A stretch of 20,000 nt of DNA from Spirochaetales bacterium (lineage in GTDB: Bacteria > Spirochaetota > Spirochaetia > Treponematales > UBA12059), in NCBI GenBank assembly GCA_016928955.1, contig JAFGJV010000010.1, positions 59,423 through 79,422 on the forward strand. Reading direction: 5' to 3'. The notes below the pieces were generated by a model. The model did not search any database. It was given only the letters and a program-made list of their open reading frames with translations, and was not told the origin of the DNA. The position numbers and the translations under genes are program-made. Positions 1 through 8,574 of this stretch are shown in pieces. Position 1 is the first letter of the stretch. Each line of letters begins with the position of its first letter.

Positions 1-400
<400 letters not shown>

Positions 401-429
401 TTAACTCGGGTCATCTGCGAAAGAATGGG

Positions 430-548
430 AACCACGGAGGCGCGGAGGCGCGGAGGCGCGAAGCGAGGAATAGAAGATTTGTAGGCACAGTCTTGCACTT
501 CATCTATCCGCACTACTCTTTTCTCCGTGTCTCAGTGTCTCCGTGGTT
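430..548. repeat. Fold-back (REP/MITE-like) element with 8-bp periodic arms in the rpoB-rpoC spacer
   Basis: Left arm AACCACGGAG-GCGCGGAG-GCGCGGAG-GCGCGAAG (430-463); right arm CTCCGTGT-CTCAGTGT-CTCCGTGGTT (523-548). The terminal 10 bp are a perfect inverted repeat. Confidence 0.75.
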
Positions 549-555
549 GTTTTAC

Positions 556-3500
556 CTAAAAGTTCGAGCCCTGCTTGCTGATCAGCTCCTCGTCGCGCTC
601 GGTCAGCGGGATGGGCTTATTCTTGGCGTCGAAAATCCTCATGTCCAGGCCAAGGCCCCGGAGCTCCTGCACCATCACGTTGAAGGCCTCGGGGATACCG
701 GCCGCCGTGTGCGGCTCGCCCTTGACGATGGCCTCGTACACCTTGGCGCGGCCGGTCATGTCGTCCGACTTGATGGTCAGAAGCTCCTGCAGGGTATTGG
801 CTGCGCCGTACGCCTCCAGGGCCCACACTTCCATTTCGCCAAGGCGCTGGCCGCCGAACTGGGCCTTTCCGCCGAGCGGCTGCTGGGTGACCAGCGAGTA
901 GGGGCCGGTGGAGCGCGCGTGCATCTTGTCGTCCACCAGGTGGTGCAGCTTCATGAAGTATATGATGCCCACCGTGACCGGGTTCTGGAAATGCTCGCCC
1001 GTGCGGCCGTCGCGCACCGGGGTCTTGCACGACCCGGGCAGGCCCGCCTGCTTGAGCTTCTTCTCTATCTGTTCCTGGTCCGGGCTCTGGAACACCGGCG
1101 AGCTGAACCACTCGTCCAGGGTGGTGGCGGCCCAGCCAAGCTCGGTCTCCATGATCTGGCCGATGTTCATGCGGGAGGGCACGCCCAGCGGGTTGAGGCA
1201 TATGTCCAGCGGGGTGCCGTCGTCCAGGTAGGGCATGTCCTCCATGGGGAGGACGCGGGCGACGATGCCCTTGTTGCCGTGGCGGCCGGCCATCTTGTCG
1301 CCTTCCTTGAGCTTGCGCTTGGCGGCGATGAGGACCTTGACCACTTCCTCCACGCCGGGAGACAGGTCGTCGTTGGCCGAGCGCTTGAGCCTCTGCACGT
1401 CTATGACCGTGCCCTCTATGCCGTGCGGCACGCGGAGGGACGTGTCGCGCACGTCCTTGGCCTTCTCGCCGAAGATTGAGTTCAGGAGCTTGAATTCGGG
1501 CGTGGTCTCGGTCTCGCTCTTAGGCGTGACCTTGCCCACCAGGATGTCGCCGGCGTTGACCTTGGCGCCGATCATGATGATGCCTTCCGAGTCCAGGCTG
1601 TCCAGGCTCTTCTCGCTGGTGTTGGGTATGTCCCGGGTGATGCGCTCGGGGCCCAGCTTGGTCTCACGCACCTCGGTCTGGAATTCCTTGATGTGCACCG
1701 AGGTAAACAGGTCGTCGCGCACCACGCGCTCGGAAATGAGGATGGCGTCCTCGTAGTTGTAGCCGTTCCAGGGCACAAAGCCGGCCAGGATGTTGCGGCC
1801 CAGGGCCAGCTCTCCGTCCTTGGTGGCCGGGCCGTCTGCTATCACCTGGCCCTTGAGGATCTTCTCGCCGTGCTTGACGATGGGCCGCTGGTTGTAGCAG
1901 GTATCCTGGTTGGTCCGCTGGTACTTGATGAGCAGGTACTCGTCGCGTGCGTGCTTGTCCTCGTCGGGCTTGATGACCACGCGGAAGGCATCCACGTAAT
2001 CCACGGTGCCGGAACGCTTGGCCTTGATGAGCACGCCCGAGTCGTACGCCGTCTTCAGTTCCATGCCGGTACCCACTCGCGGCGGGTCGGTAAAGAGGAG
2101 GGGCACGGCCTGCCTCTGCATGTTCGAGCCCATGAGGGCGCGGTTGGCGTCGTCATGCTCCAGGAAGGGAATGAGGGCGGCCGATACGGAGATGATCTGC
2201 TTGGGCGACACGTCCATGTACTGGATTTCCTTGGGCCCGCGGGTGGTGTAGTCGCCCTGGTGCCTGACGGAAACCTGCTCTTCCTGGAAATGGCCCTTGC
2301 CGTCTATGCGGGCGCTGGCCTGCGCTATGTAGTAGCGGTCCTCGTCCATGGCGGACAGGAACTCGATGTCGTCAGTGACGCGGCCGTTGACTACTTTGCG
2401 GTACGGCGTCTCGAGGAAACCGTACTCGTTGACCGTGGTGTATGTGGCCAGCGACACGATAAGGCCGATGTTCGGGCCTTCCGGCGTCTCGATGGGGCAC
2501 ATGCGACCATAGTGGGTGTAGTGGACGTCGCGCACCTCGAAGCCGGCCCGATCGCGGGACAGGCCGCCCGGGCCCAGGGCGTTGAGGCGACGCTTGTGGG
2601 TGAGCTCGGCCAGCGGGTTGACCTGGTCCATGAACTGCGACAGCTGGCTGGACCCGAAGAATTCCTTGATGGCCGCGACCACCGGCTTGATGGATATGAG
2701 GTCCTGGGGCCGGATTGTGTCCGTCTCCTTGAGGCTCATGCGCTCCTTGGCGATGCGCTCCATGCGGCCGAAGGCGCTCTTCATCACGTTGGACAGGAGC
2801 TCGCCCACCGAGCGTACGCGGCGGTTGCCGAGGTGGTCGATGTCGTCCAGGTTGTTCTCGCCGTAGTACACGGTCATCAGGTACTTCATGGTGGCGATGA
2901 TGTCGTCGCGGGTGAGGGTAAAGTCCTCGACCGGAGCCGCGTAGCCGAATTTCTTGTTCAGCTTGTAGCGGCCCACCTTTCCGAGATCGTAGCGGCGGTT
3001 GGAGAAGAACAGCGAGTGAAGGTCGCGCTCGGCGTTCTCCACCGTGATGGGCTCGCCGGGCATGAGGGTCGCGTACACGGCAGCCAGGGCGTCGGCCTTG
3101 GTGGGCTCGTCCTGGTCGGGATCTTCCTTGACCAGCTTGATGTCCTCGCGCTCAAGGCAGTTGAGGATCATATTCCAGTGCAGTCCGTCCTTGTGCTCAA
3201 AGTCCACCACGTCTATGGCCTTGACGCCCAGGGTGACCAGTTCGTCCACGTCATGCAGGTGGATCTTGTCGCCGGCGCGGAACACGCGTTTTTTCTCGCC
3301 GTCCTGCTCCACGTACACGCTCTTGGCAAGCACGCGGTTGACGGCGCGTTCCCGGTCGTCGCGCTTGTCGGACAGGGGCAGGTGCTCGGTCTTGTGGAAG
3401 GCGGCAATGATGTCTTCCCTGGTTTCCAGGCCGATGGAACGCAGGAACATGCTGCCCAGGATGCGCTTTTTGCGGTCGATCTTGGCGTAGATCAGCTCTT

Positions 3501-4053
3501 TCTTCTGGTCGATCTCGAATTCCAGCCAGGAGCCGCGGTAGGGGATGATCCGGGCGGAGTACACGCCCTTCTCGTGGCAGAAAATGACGCCAGGAGAACG
3601 GTGGATCTGCGACACCACCACACGCTCGGCCCCGTTTATGATGAAGGTGCCGCGGTCGGTCATCAGCGGGACATCGCCCAGGTAGATGTCTTTCTGGCGG
3701 ATCTCTCCGGTCTTCTGGAAAACCAGGTTGATGCGCGCCTTCAGGGGTACCGCGTAGGTAAGGCCCTTCTGCTTGCAGTCAAATTCCGAGTACTTGATGG
3801 CGCCCTCGTCCAGGGTATAGTGGTCGCCGTACTCGAGGATCATGTCGCCGTTGGGGCTCTCGATGGGAAAGGTTGTGCGGAACACTTCCTCGAGCCCGTA
3901 CGGGTCGGGGGCGTGGCCCTGGGCCAGCCTTGAGCGCTGGAGAAAGCGCTCGTAGCTCGACACCTGGATGTCTATGAGGTCGGGAAGCTCTATGGCTTCC
4001 TTATAATCCTTGCCGACGTAGGTCCGGGAGATCTTGTGTTCTGTGTAGGCCAT
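556..4053 (-). CDS. rpoB: DNA-directed RNA polymerase beta subunit
   Basis: Motifs [92 protein letters not shown]. Confidence 0.99.
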   Translation of the reverse strand: MAYTEHKISRTYVGKDYKEAIELPDLIDIQVSSYERFLQRSRLAQGHAPDPYGLEEVFRTTFPIESPNGDMILEYGDHYTLDEGAIKYSEFDCKQKGLTYAVPLKARINLVFQKTGEIRQKDIYLGDVPLMTDRGTFIINGAERVVVSQIHRSPGVIFCHEKGVYSARIIPYRGSWLEFEIDQKKELIYAKIDRKKRILGSMFLRSIGLETREDIIAAFHKTEHLPLSDKRDDRERAVNRVLAKSVYVEQDGEKKRVFRAGDKIHLHDVDELVTLGVKAIDVVDFEHKDGLHWNMILNCLEREDIKLVKEDPDQDEPTKADALAAVYATLMPGEPITVENAERDLHSLFFSNRRYDLGKVGRYKLNKKFGYAAPVEDFTLTRDDIIATMKYLMTVYYGENNLDDIDHLGNRRVRSVGELLSNVMKSAFGRMERIAKERMSLKETDTIRPQDLISIKPVVAAIKEFFGSSQLSQFMDQVNPLAELTHKRRLNALGPGGLSRDRAGFEVRDVHYTHYGRMCPIETPEGPNIGLIVSLATYTTVNEYGFLETPYRKVVNGRVTDDIEFLSAMDEDRYYIAQASARIDGKGHFQEEQVSVRHQGDYTTRGPKEIQYMDVSPKQIISVSAALIPFLEHDDANRALMGSNMQRQAVPLLFTDPPRVGTGMELKTAYDSGVLIKAKRSGTVDYVDAFRVVIKPDEDKHARDEYLLIKYQRTNQDTCYNQRPIVKHGEKILKGQVIADGPATKDGELALGRNILAGFVPWNGYNYEDAILISERVVRDDLFTSVHIKEFQTEVRETKLGPERITRDIPNTSEKSLDSLDSEGIIMIGAKVNAGDILVGKVTPKSETETTPEFKLLNSIFGEKAKDVRDTSLRVPHGIEGTVIDVQRLKRSANDDLSPGVEEVVKVLIAAKRKLKEGDKMAGRHGNKGIVARVLPMEDMPYLDDGTPLDICLNPLGVPSRMNIGQIMETELGWAATTLDEWFSSPVFQSPDQEQIEKKLKQAGLPGSCKTPVRDGRTGEHFQNPVTVGIIYFMKLHHLVDDKMHARSTGPYSLVTQQPLGGKAQFGGQRLGEMEVWALEAYGAANTLQELLTIKSDDMTGRAKVYEAIVKGEPHTAAGIPEAFNVMVQELRGLGLDMRIFDAKNKPIPLTERDEELISKQGSNF

Positions 4054-4303
4054 CGCTACCCCCTATGCTGGATCCGTCCGTTTTTACCTTGCCACCCGGC
4101 GGCCGCTGCGTACCCGCTTGGCCGTCGGCTTTACTCTGTGCAATGGCGCCCGTGCGCCCGCTACCAGGCTGCCGAAAAACGCAGGGTTTATCGGTAGCCT
4201 GCTAGGCAATCCCGCGAGAACCGTCCCGGTTCCGCCCGATTGCGGCACCGGATCAAGAGGCCGTCCGCTCACGGTCCCCTGAACCAAAGCCCGTCAAAGC
4301 GCG

Positions 4304-4337
4304 AAAAGGCGCCGGACGCGGCTTCGCGCCCGGCACC
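4304..4337 (-). terminator. Putative intrinsic terminator/attenuator between rplL and rpoB
   Basis: Minus strand reads GGTGCCGGGCGCG-AAGC-CGCGTCCGGCGCC-TTTT: a 13-bp GC stem with G-U pairs and a short U tract, about 60 nt after the rplL stop. Confidence 0.6.
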
Positions 4338-4396
4338 CCGCCCCGGCGGAGCGCGCCGGAGCCTTGAGCGGAACAAGCTGAAAATCGATCAAATCC

Positions 4397-4780
4397 TTAC
4401 TTCACCTCGACGGCGCCGCCGGCATCGGCGATCGCCTTCTTGATCTTCTCGGCTTCGTCCTTGGGAATGCCCTCCTTGAGGGGCTTGTCGCCGGCCTCGA
4501 CCAGGTCCTTGGCCTCTTTGAGACCCAGTCCGGTGATGGTGCGGACTTCCTTGATGACCGCGATCTTCTTGTCGGCGGGAGTGCCGGCCTTCAGGATCAC
4601 GGTGAACTCGGTCTGCTCCTCGGCGGCGGCGGCGGCACCTGCTCCGGCGGCGGCAACGGCCACGGGGGCGGCCGCGGTGACGCCAAAGCGCTCTTCCATG
4701 GCCTTGATGAGATCGGCGATCTCGGTGATCTTCATCTCGGCGATGGCGTCGAGAATCTGCTCGTTGGTAATGGCTGCCAT
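4397..4780 (-). CDS. rplL: 50S ribosomal protein L7/L12
   Basis: [14 protein letters not shown] hinge, [42 protein letters not shown]. Confidence 0.99.
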   Translation of the reverse strand: MAAITNEQILDAIAEMKITEIADLIKAMEERFGVTAAAPVAVAAAGAGAAAAAEEQTEFTVILKAGTPADKKIAVIKEVRTITGLGLKEAKDLVEAGDKPLKEGIPKDEAEKIKKAIADAGGAVEVK

Positions 4781-4882
4781 ATTATCTTCTCCTTACAACG
4801 TGTAACCGTCCGTACGAACGGCTCTGTCAAGGCGCTCAGGAACGGCAGCTAACCGGAAGCCTGAGCGCCGTCAACGAATACC

Positions 4883-5590
4883 TTACTCGGCCGGCTTGGC
4901 TTCCTCGGCGGGAGCTTCAGCCTGGGCCGCGGGAGCTTCGGCCGCGGGGGCGGCGTCTGCTTTTACCTCGGGAGCCGGGGTCTCCGCAGGGGCTTCGGCC
5001 TTGGCGGGAGCCTCAGCCGGGGTCTCCGCAGGGGCTTCGGCCTTGGCTTCAGCCTTGGCTTCGGCCTTGGCGGGAGCCTCAGCCGGGCCGCCGGCTTCAA
5101 GCTTGTCGCGGAGGGCAACCAGGGTGTAGGCCAGCTTCTGGACCGGGCTCTTGAGGCCGGCCATGAACATGGCAATGAGCTGGTTGCGGCCGGGCAGCTT
5201 GGACAGGGCCTCGATGGCGGCCTGATCCAGGAAGTCGCGCTCCACCAGGGCGCCCTTGAGCTTGACGGGGCTGTCCTTGGCAAAATCGACCAGGATCTTG
5301 GCTATCTCGTTGGCTTCCGTGGACGTAAAGGCCACGGCCGTGGGGCCGGTCAGCACGGAACTCACGTCTGGGAACTGGAGCTTCTCGAACGCGATGCGCG
5401 CGAAGTTGTTCTTGATGACGTGATACTCGGTGTTCTTCTCCCGCAGCTGGCCGCGCAGGGCGGTAATCTGCTCCACGGTCATGCCGCGGTAATCGGTGAA
5501 GATGAAGTCTTTGCTGGCCTGGATCTTGGCGCTGAGGGTATCTATGGCCTCAACCTTGGCCGACTGGAATTTCTTTGCTCGGAGGGCCAT
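4883..5590 (-). CDS. rplJ: 50S ribosomal protein L10 with an Ala/Glu/Pro-rich C-terminal extension
   Basis: DYRGMTVEQITALR, VIKNNFARIA, LTGPTAVAF, LSKLPGRNQL; position between rplA and rplL. Confidence 0.97.
   Translation of the reverse strand: MALRAKKFQSAKVEAIDTLSAKIQASKDFIFTDYRGMTVEQITALRGQLREKNTEYHVIKNNFARIAFEKLQFPDVSSVLTGPTAVAFTSTEANEIAKILVDFAKDSPVKLKGALVERDFLDQAAIEALSKLPGRNQLIAMFMAGLKSPVQKLAYTLVALRDKLEAGGPAEAPAKAEAKAEAKAEAPAETPAEAPAKAEAPAETPAPEVKADAAPAAEAPAAQAEAPAEEAKPAE
4973..5087 (-). repeat. In-frame direct repeats encoding the L10 C-terminal tail
   Basis: A 33-bp exact repeat at 4973-5005 and 5015-5047 (period 42), and a 31-bp exact repeat at 4991-5021 and 5057-5087 (period 66). 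Confidence 0.85.
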
Positions 5591-5593
5591 GGC

Positions 5594-6277
5594 TTACCTC
5601 TCTACCTTGATCTGGGCGACGCGGACGCTCGGCGTCATGGTGCCCGCAACGAACACCGACTGCACGAACTCGCCCTTGACGTCCGACGGCCTCTTGCGGG
5701 CCACTTCCCCAAGCAGAACGCCCAGGTTTTCCGCCACGTGCGCGGGATCCATGGAAAGCTTGCCAACGGGAATGTGGATGATGCCGGATTTGTCGGTGCG
5801 GAACTCGGTGCGGCCCTTCTTGAGCTCGGCGATAGCCGCGGCTATGTCGAAGGTTACCGTGCCGGTCTTGGGATTGGGCATGAGGCCCTTGCGGCCAAGC
5901 ACCATACCCAGCTTGCCCACGTCCTTCATCATATCGGGCGTGGCCACGGCGATGTCAAAGTCCAGCCAGCCGCCCTTGATCTTCTCGATCAGGGCATCCG
6001 CGCCGGCGAACGCCGCTCCGGCGTCCATGGCTTCCTTTTCCTTTTCGGGCTTGCAGAAAACCAGGACCTTCTTCTCTGCGCGGAACTGGTGGGGAAGGAC
6101 CACCGTATCGCGCACGGACTGACTCTTCTTAAGGTTCAGGCGGATGTGAGCCTCTACCGTCTCGTCGAACTTGGCTACCTTGAGCTCCTTGAGCAGGGCG
6201 CAGGCGTCTGCCAGCTCGTATGCCTTGACGGTGTCGACCTTCTTGGCCGCATCTCTGTATTTCTTACCGTGCTTCAT
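5594..6277 (-). CDS. rplA: 50S ribosomal protein L1
   Basis: AKFDETVEAHIRL, DFDIAVATPDMM, LGRKGLMPNPKTGTVT, GIIHIPVGK. Confidence 0.99.
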   Translation of the reverse strand: MKHGKKYRDAAKKVDTVKAYELADACALLKELKVAKFDETVEAHIRLNLKKSQSVRDTVVLPHQFRAEKKVLVFCKPEKEKEAMDAGAAFAGADALIEKIKGGWLDFDIAVATPDMMKDVGKLGMVLGRKGLMPNPKTGTVTFDIAAAIAELKKGRTEFRTDKSGIIHIPVGKLSMDPAHVAENLGVLLGEVARKRPSDVKGEFVQSVFVAGTMTPSVRVAQIKVER

Positions 6278-6280
6278 GGC

Positions 6281-6712
6281 TTACCACTCCACTTCCACGC
6301 CCATGCTGCGGGCGGTGCCGGCAATGATGCGCTCGGCGGCCTGAATGTCGTTGGCCGAGAGGTCCTGCATCTTGATCTTGGCTATCTCGGTCACCTTGGC
6401 GTGGGGGATCTTGGCCACCTTCTGCTTGTGGGGAACCGGCGAGCCCTTGTCCAGGCCTATGGCCTTCTTGATGAGGACGCTGGCGGGCGGAGACTTCAGG
6501 ATGAAGCTGAAGGTCTTGTCCTTGTAGACGGTGATGATGGCCGGGATGATGAGTCCGGCCTCCATCGACTTGGTCCTGTCGTTGAACTGCTGACAGAACT
6601 GTGGGGCGCTCACGCCGTGGGGGCCAAGGGCCGGTCCCACGGGCGGGGCGGGCGTGGCCTTGCCGGCCGGGCACTGCAGCTTGATGACTGCGGTGACCAC
6701 TTTCTTCGCCAT
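6281..6712 (-). CDS. rplK: 50S ribosomal protein L11
   Basis: [52 protein letters not shown]. Confidence 0.99.
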   Translation of the reverse strand: MAKKVVTAVIKLQCPAGKATPAPPVGPALGPHGVSAPQFCQQFNDRTKSMEAGLIIPAIITVYKDKTFSFILKSPPASVLIKKAIGLDKGSPVPHKQKVAKIPHAKVTEIAKIKMQDLSANDIQAAERIIAGTARSMGVEVEW

Positions 6713-6787
6713 AGGAAACTCCTTTCGTGGTGTGCCCGGCTTTCGCCGGACCCCCGGTCCGCCGCCCCTGGGGGCGGTTCGGGAGCC

Positions 6788-6829
6788 GGGGCTAGCGCTT
6801 CCGGTCGGGCGGACCGAAAGCTCCCATCC
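6788..6829 (-). promoter_or_regulatory. Putative L1-binding autoregulatory RNA element in the rplK leader
   Basis: The mRNA reads GGAUGGGAG-CUUUCGGUC-CGCCC-GACCGGAAG-CGCUA-GCCCC. This GGAG-[stem-loop]-CGYUA arrangement matches known L1 mRNA binding sites. Confidence 0.6.
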
Positions 6830-6940
6830 TGCGGAGCGGACCGCCTATCGGCAGCCCTGCTGTACCCGTTATGGAAAGCGCCCTATTTCCGGGCGCCGCC
6901 GCGCTGTCTCGTTCACCGTTCCGGCATGGCCGGCGCGGCG

Positions 6941-7498
6941 CTATTTTTTCTCTACCTGGATCATGTCGACCTCCACGGGCGTCGCGCGCCCGAAGATGCC
7001 CACCATGACCCTCAGCTTGCTTTTTTCCTGGTTGACTTCCTCGATGGTTCCCGTGAAGGAATCAAAGGGGCCGTCTATGATCTTGACCTGCTCGCCCTCG
7101 CTGAAGACCTGGCGTGACTTGCCAGGCCGGTCGCCGCGTATCTCGCCGGCGCGCTGGAGTATACCCCTGGCCTCTTCCGGCGATATGGGAGCCGGCTTGT
7201 TGTGCATGGCCGCGCCAACAAAGCCGGTTACCCCGGTGATCTTGCGGATCACGGAACAAGTAGCCTTCCAGGTGGCGTCGGGCAAATCCATTTCCACAAG
7301 GAGGTAGCCGGGCAGCATCTTGCGCGAGCTCGAGCGCTTCTTGCCGTCCTTGATGTCGACCACATCCTCGCTGGGCACCTTGACGTCCGTCACCACCGCG
7401 GGATCAAGATCGCCGTTGGACAGGAGCATGCGTATGGTCCGCTCGATCTTATTCTCGTACCCGGAGTAGACGTGAAGGACGTACCAGGATTTGGCCAT
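6941..7498 (-). CDS. nusG: Transcription termination/antitermination factor NusG
   Basis: [28 protein letters not shown] motif [31 protein letters not shown]. Confidence 0.99.
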   Translation of the reverse strand: MAKSWYVLHVYSGYENKIERTIRMLLSNGDLDPAVVTDVKVPSEDVVDIKDGKKRSSSRKMLPGYLLVEMDLPDATWKATCSVIRKITGVTGFVGAAMHNKPAPISPEEARGILQRAGEIRGDRPGKSRQVFSEGEQVKIIDGPFDSFTGTIEEVNQEKSKLRVMVGIFGRATPVEVDMIQVEKK

Positions 7499-7510
7499 CT
7501 GCGTACCGCG

Positions 7511-7690
7511 TCAGAAGAACAGGTCGATACCGCGGACCAAAAGCAGGTCCACGATGCCGAGGAAAGCCGCGACGATGATGGTGGAAACGATCACCACCTT
7601 GGTGGACGCGACAACGCTGTCCCAGGACGGCCAGACGACCTTGCGGAGCTCGCCGTAGCTGTCCTTGAAGAAACCGATGATCCTATTCAT
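7511..7690 (-). CDS. secE: Preprotein translocase subunit SecE (single-TM type, 59 aa)
   Basis: MNRIIGFFKDSYGELRKVVWPS followed by one hydrophobic helix. SD GGAGG just upstream of ATG 7690; the ORF-track start at 7843 is too long. Confidence 0.96.
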   Translation of the reverse strand: MNRIIGFFKDSYGELRKVVWPSWDSVVASTKVVIVSTIIVAAFLGIVDLLLVRGIDLFF

Positions 7691-7874
7691 GTCGCCTCCG
7701 TAAACGGACGGACCGCGCCTACTAGAGGACGCGGTTCGAGCGCGACGGCCGACGGCCGCCGGGATATGGGTTCCAGAAACCACAAGGCCCCAGAAACCCC
7801 GCGTCTTCGGCCGAAAACGCGGTCTGTCCGGATCCGCCGCCAAAAAACAGAAACGGCGACGCCCGTGCGATGTA

Positions 7875-7947
7875 CAGGCCAGGAAGGACTCGAACCCTCA
7901 ACATCCGGTTTTGGAGACCGGCGCTCTACCATTAGAGCTACTGGCCT
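7875..7947 (-). tRNA. tRNA-Trp (CCA); 3' CCA not encoded
   Basis: AGGCCAG TA GCTCTAATGGTAGAGC G CCGGT CT-CCA-AA ACCGG ATGTT GAGGG TTCGAGT CCTTC CTGGCCT G forms a full cloverleaf; usual position before secE. Confidence 0.98.
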
Positions 7948-8026
7948 AGACGCGAGTCGGGCCGACTTTTCTAAGAATCGGACCGATCCGCGGCGCGACG
8001 CGCAAGGTCACGCTCGCCCCAAGGCC

Positions 8027-8200
8027 TTATTTGACCTTGGTCTCCTTGTGCAGGGTGTGCTTGCGGTCCCACTTGCAGTATTTCATGAGCTCAAGCTTCT
8101 CCTGCATGGTCTTCCGGTTTTTCGTGGTCGTGTAGTTGCGGCGCTTGCACTCGCTGCACGCCAAGGCGATAGTTTCGACGACCTGCTTTTTGCTAGCCAT
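8027..8200 (-). CDS. rpmG: 50S ribosomal protein L33 (57 aa)
   Basis: Manual translation (below the ORF-track cutoff): [57 protein letters not shown]. Confidence 0.97.
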   Translation of the reverse strand: MASKKQVVETIALACSECKRRNYTTTKNRKTMQEKLELMKYCKWDRKHTLHKETKVK

Positions 8201-8338
8201 AGCACAATCCTTACACAGAGATGGGCGCCTGCCAACCGCCCCTGGCGGCCGGCGCCGATAAAAAAAGACCCTTCAGCGCGACCGCTCAGACCGCCGCAAC
8301 CCGGGCCCCTAGGTGTCGCCGCCATGAACAGAACAGCC

Positions 8339-8471
8339 CGCGGAGCGGCAACCGTCTTGGCAGCCCTGGTCTATCCACGATAGACAGAGAGCCCCCGAAC
8401 GGATGACGCGGAGCGGCAACCGTCTTGGCAGCCCTGGTCTATCCACGATAGACAGAGAGCCCCCGAACGGA
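8339..8471. repeat. Exact 65-bp tandem direct repeat that includes the 3' 14 nt of tRNA-Thr
   Basis: CGCGGAGCGGCAACCGTCTTGGCAGCCCTGGTCTATCCACGATAGACAGAGAGCCCCCGAACGGA at 8339-8403 and 8407-8471, separated by TGA. Confidence 0.95.
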
Positions 8472-8530
8472 ATCGAACCGTTGACCTCATCCTTACCATG
8501 GATGTGCTCTGCCAACTGAGCTACAAGGGC
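8458..8530 (-). tRNA. tRNA-Thr (GGT); 3' CCA not encoded
   Basis: GCCCTTG TA GCTCAGTTGGCAGAGC A CATCC AT-GGT-AA GGATG AGGTC AACGG TTCGATT CCGTT CGGGGGC T forms a full cloverleaf. Confidence 0.98.
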
Positions 8531-8545
8531 TTGTAAAGCGCCGGT

Positions 8546-8574
8546 ACATTACCAGCGGAACCGCTTTTTGTCAA
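8546..8574 (-). promoter_or_regulatory. Sigma70-type promoter for tRNA-Thr and the downstream ribosomal/RNAP cluster
   Basis: TTGACA (8574-8569), 17-nt spacer ending TGG, TAATGT (8551-8546), then a GC-rich discriminator ACCGGCGC. The -10 lies 15 nt before the tRNA 5' end, and the -35 overlaps the murJ stop codon. Confidence 0.8.

Noticed and set aside
4800..4830. Perfect TTGACA on the minus strand upstream of rplL as an internal promoter
   Set aside because: There is no acceptable -10 hexamer at 16-18 nt spacing.
7691..7843. N-terminally extended SecE (110 aa in the ORF track)
   Set aside because: The SD GGAGG sits before ATG 7690, and the extension crosses GC-rich hairpin spacer sequence and is not SecE-like.
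8339..8471. Possible CRISPR array
   Set aside because: There are only two 65-bp copies with a 3-bp gap, the repeat includes tRNA sequence, and there are no spacers or cas genes.
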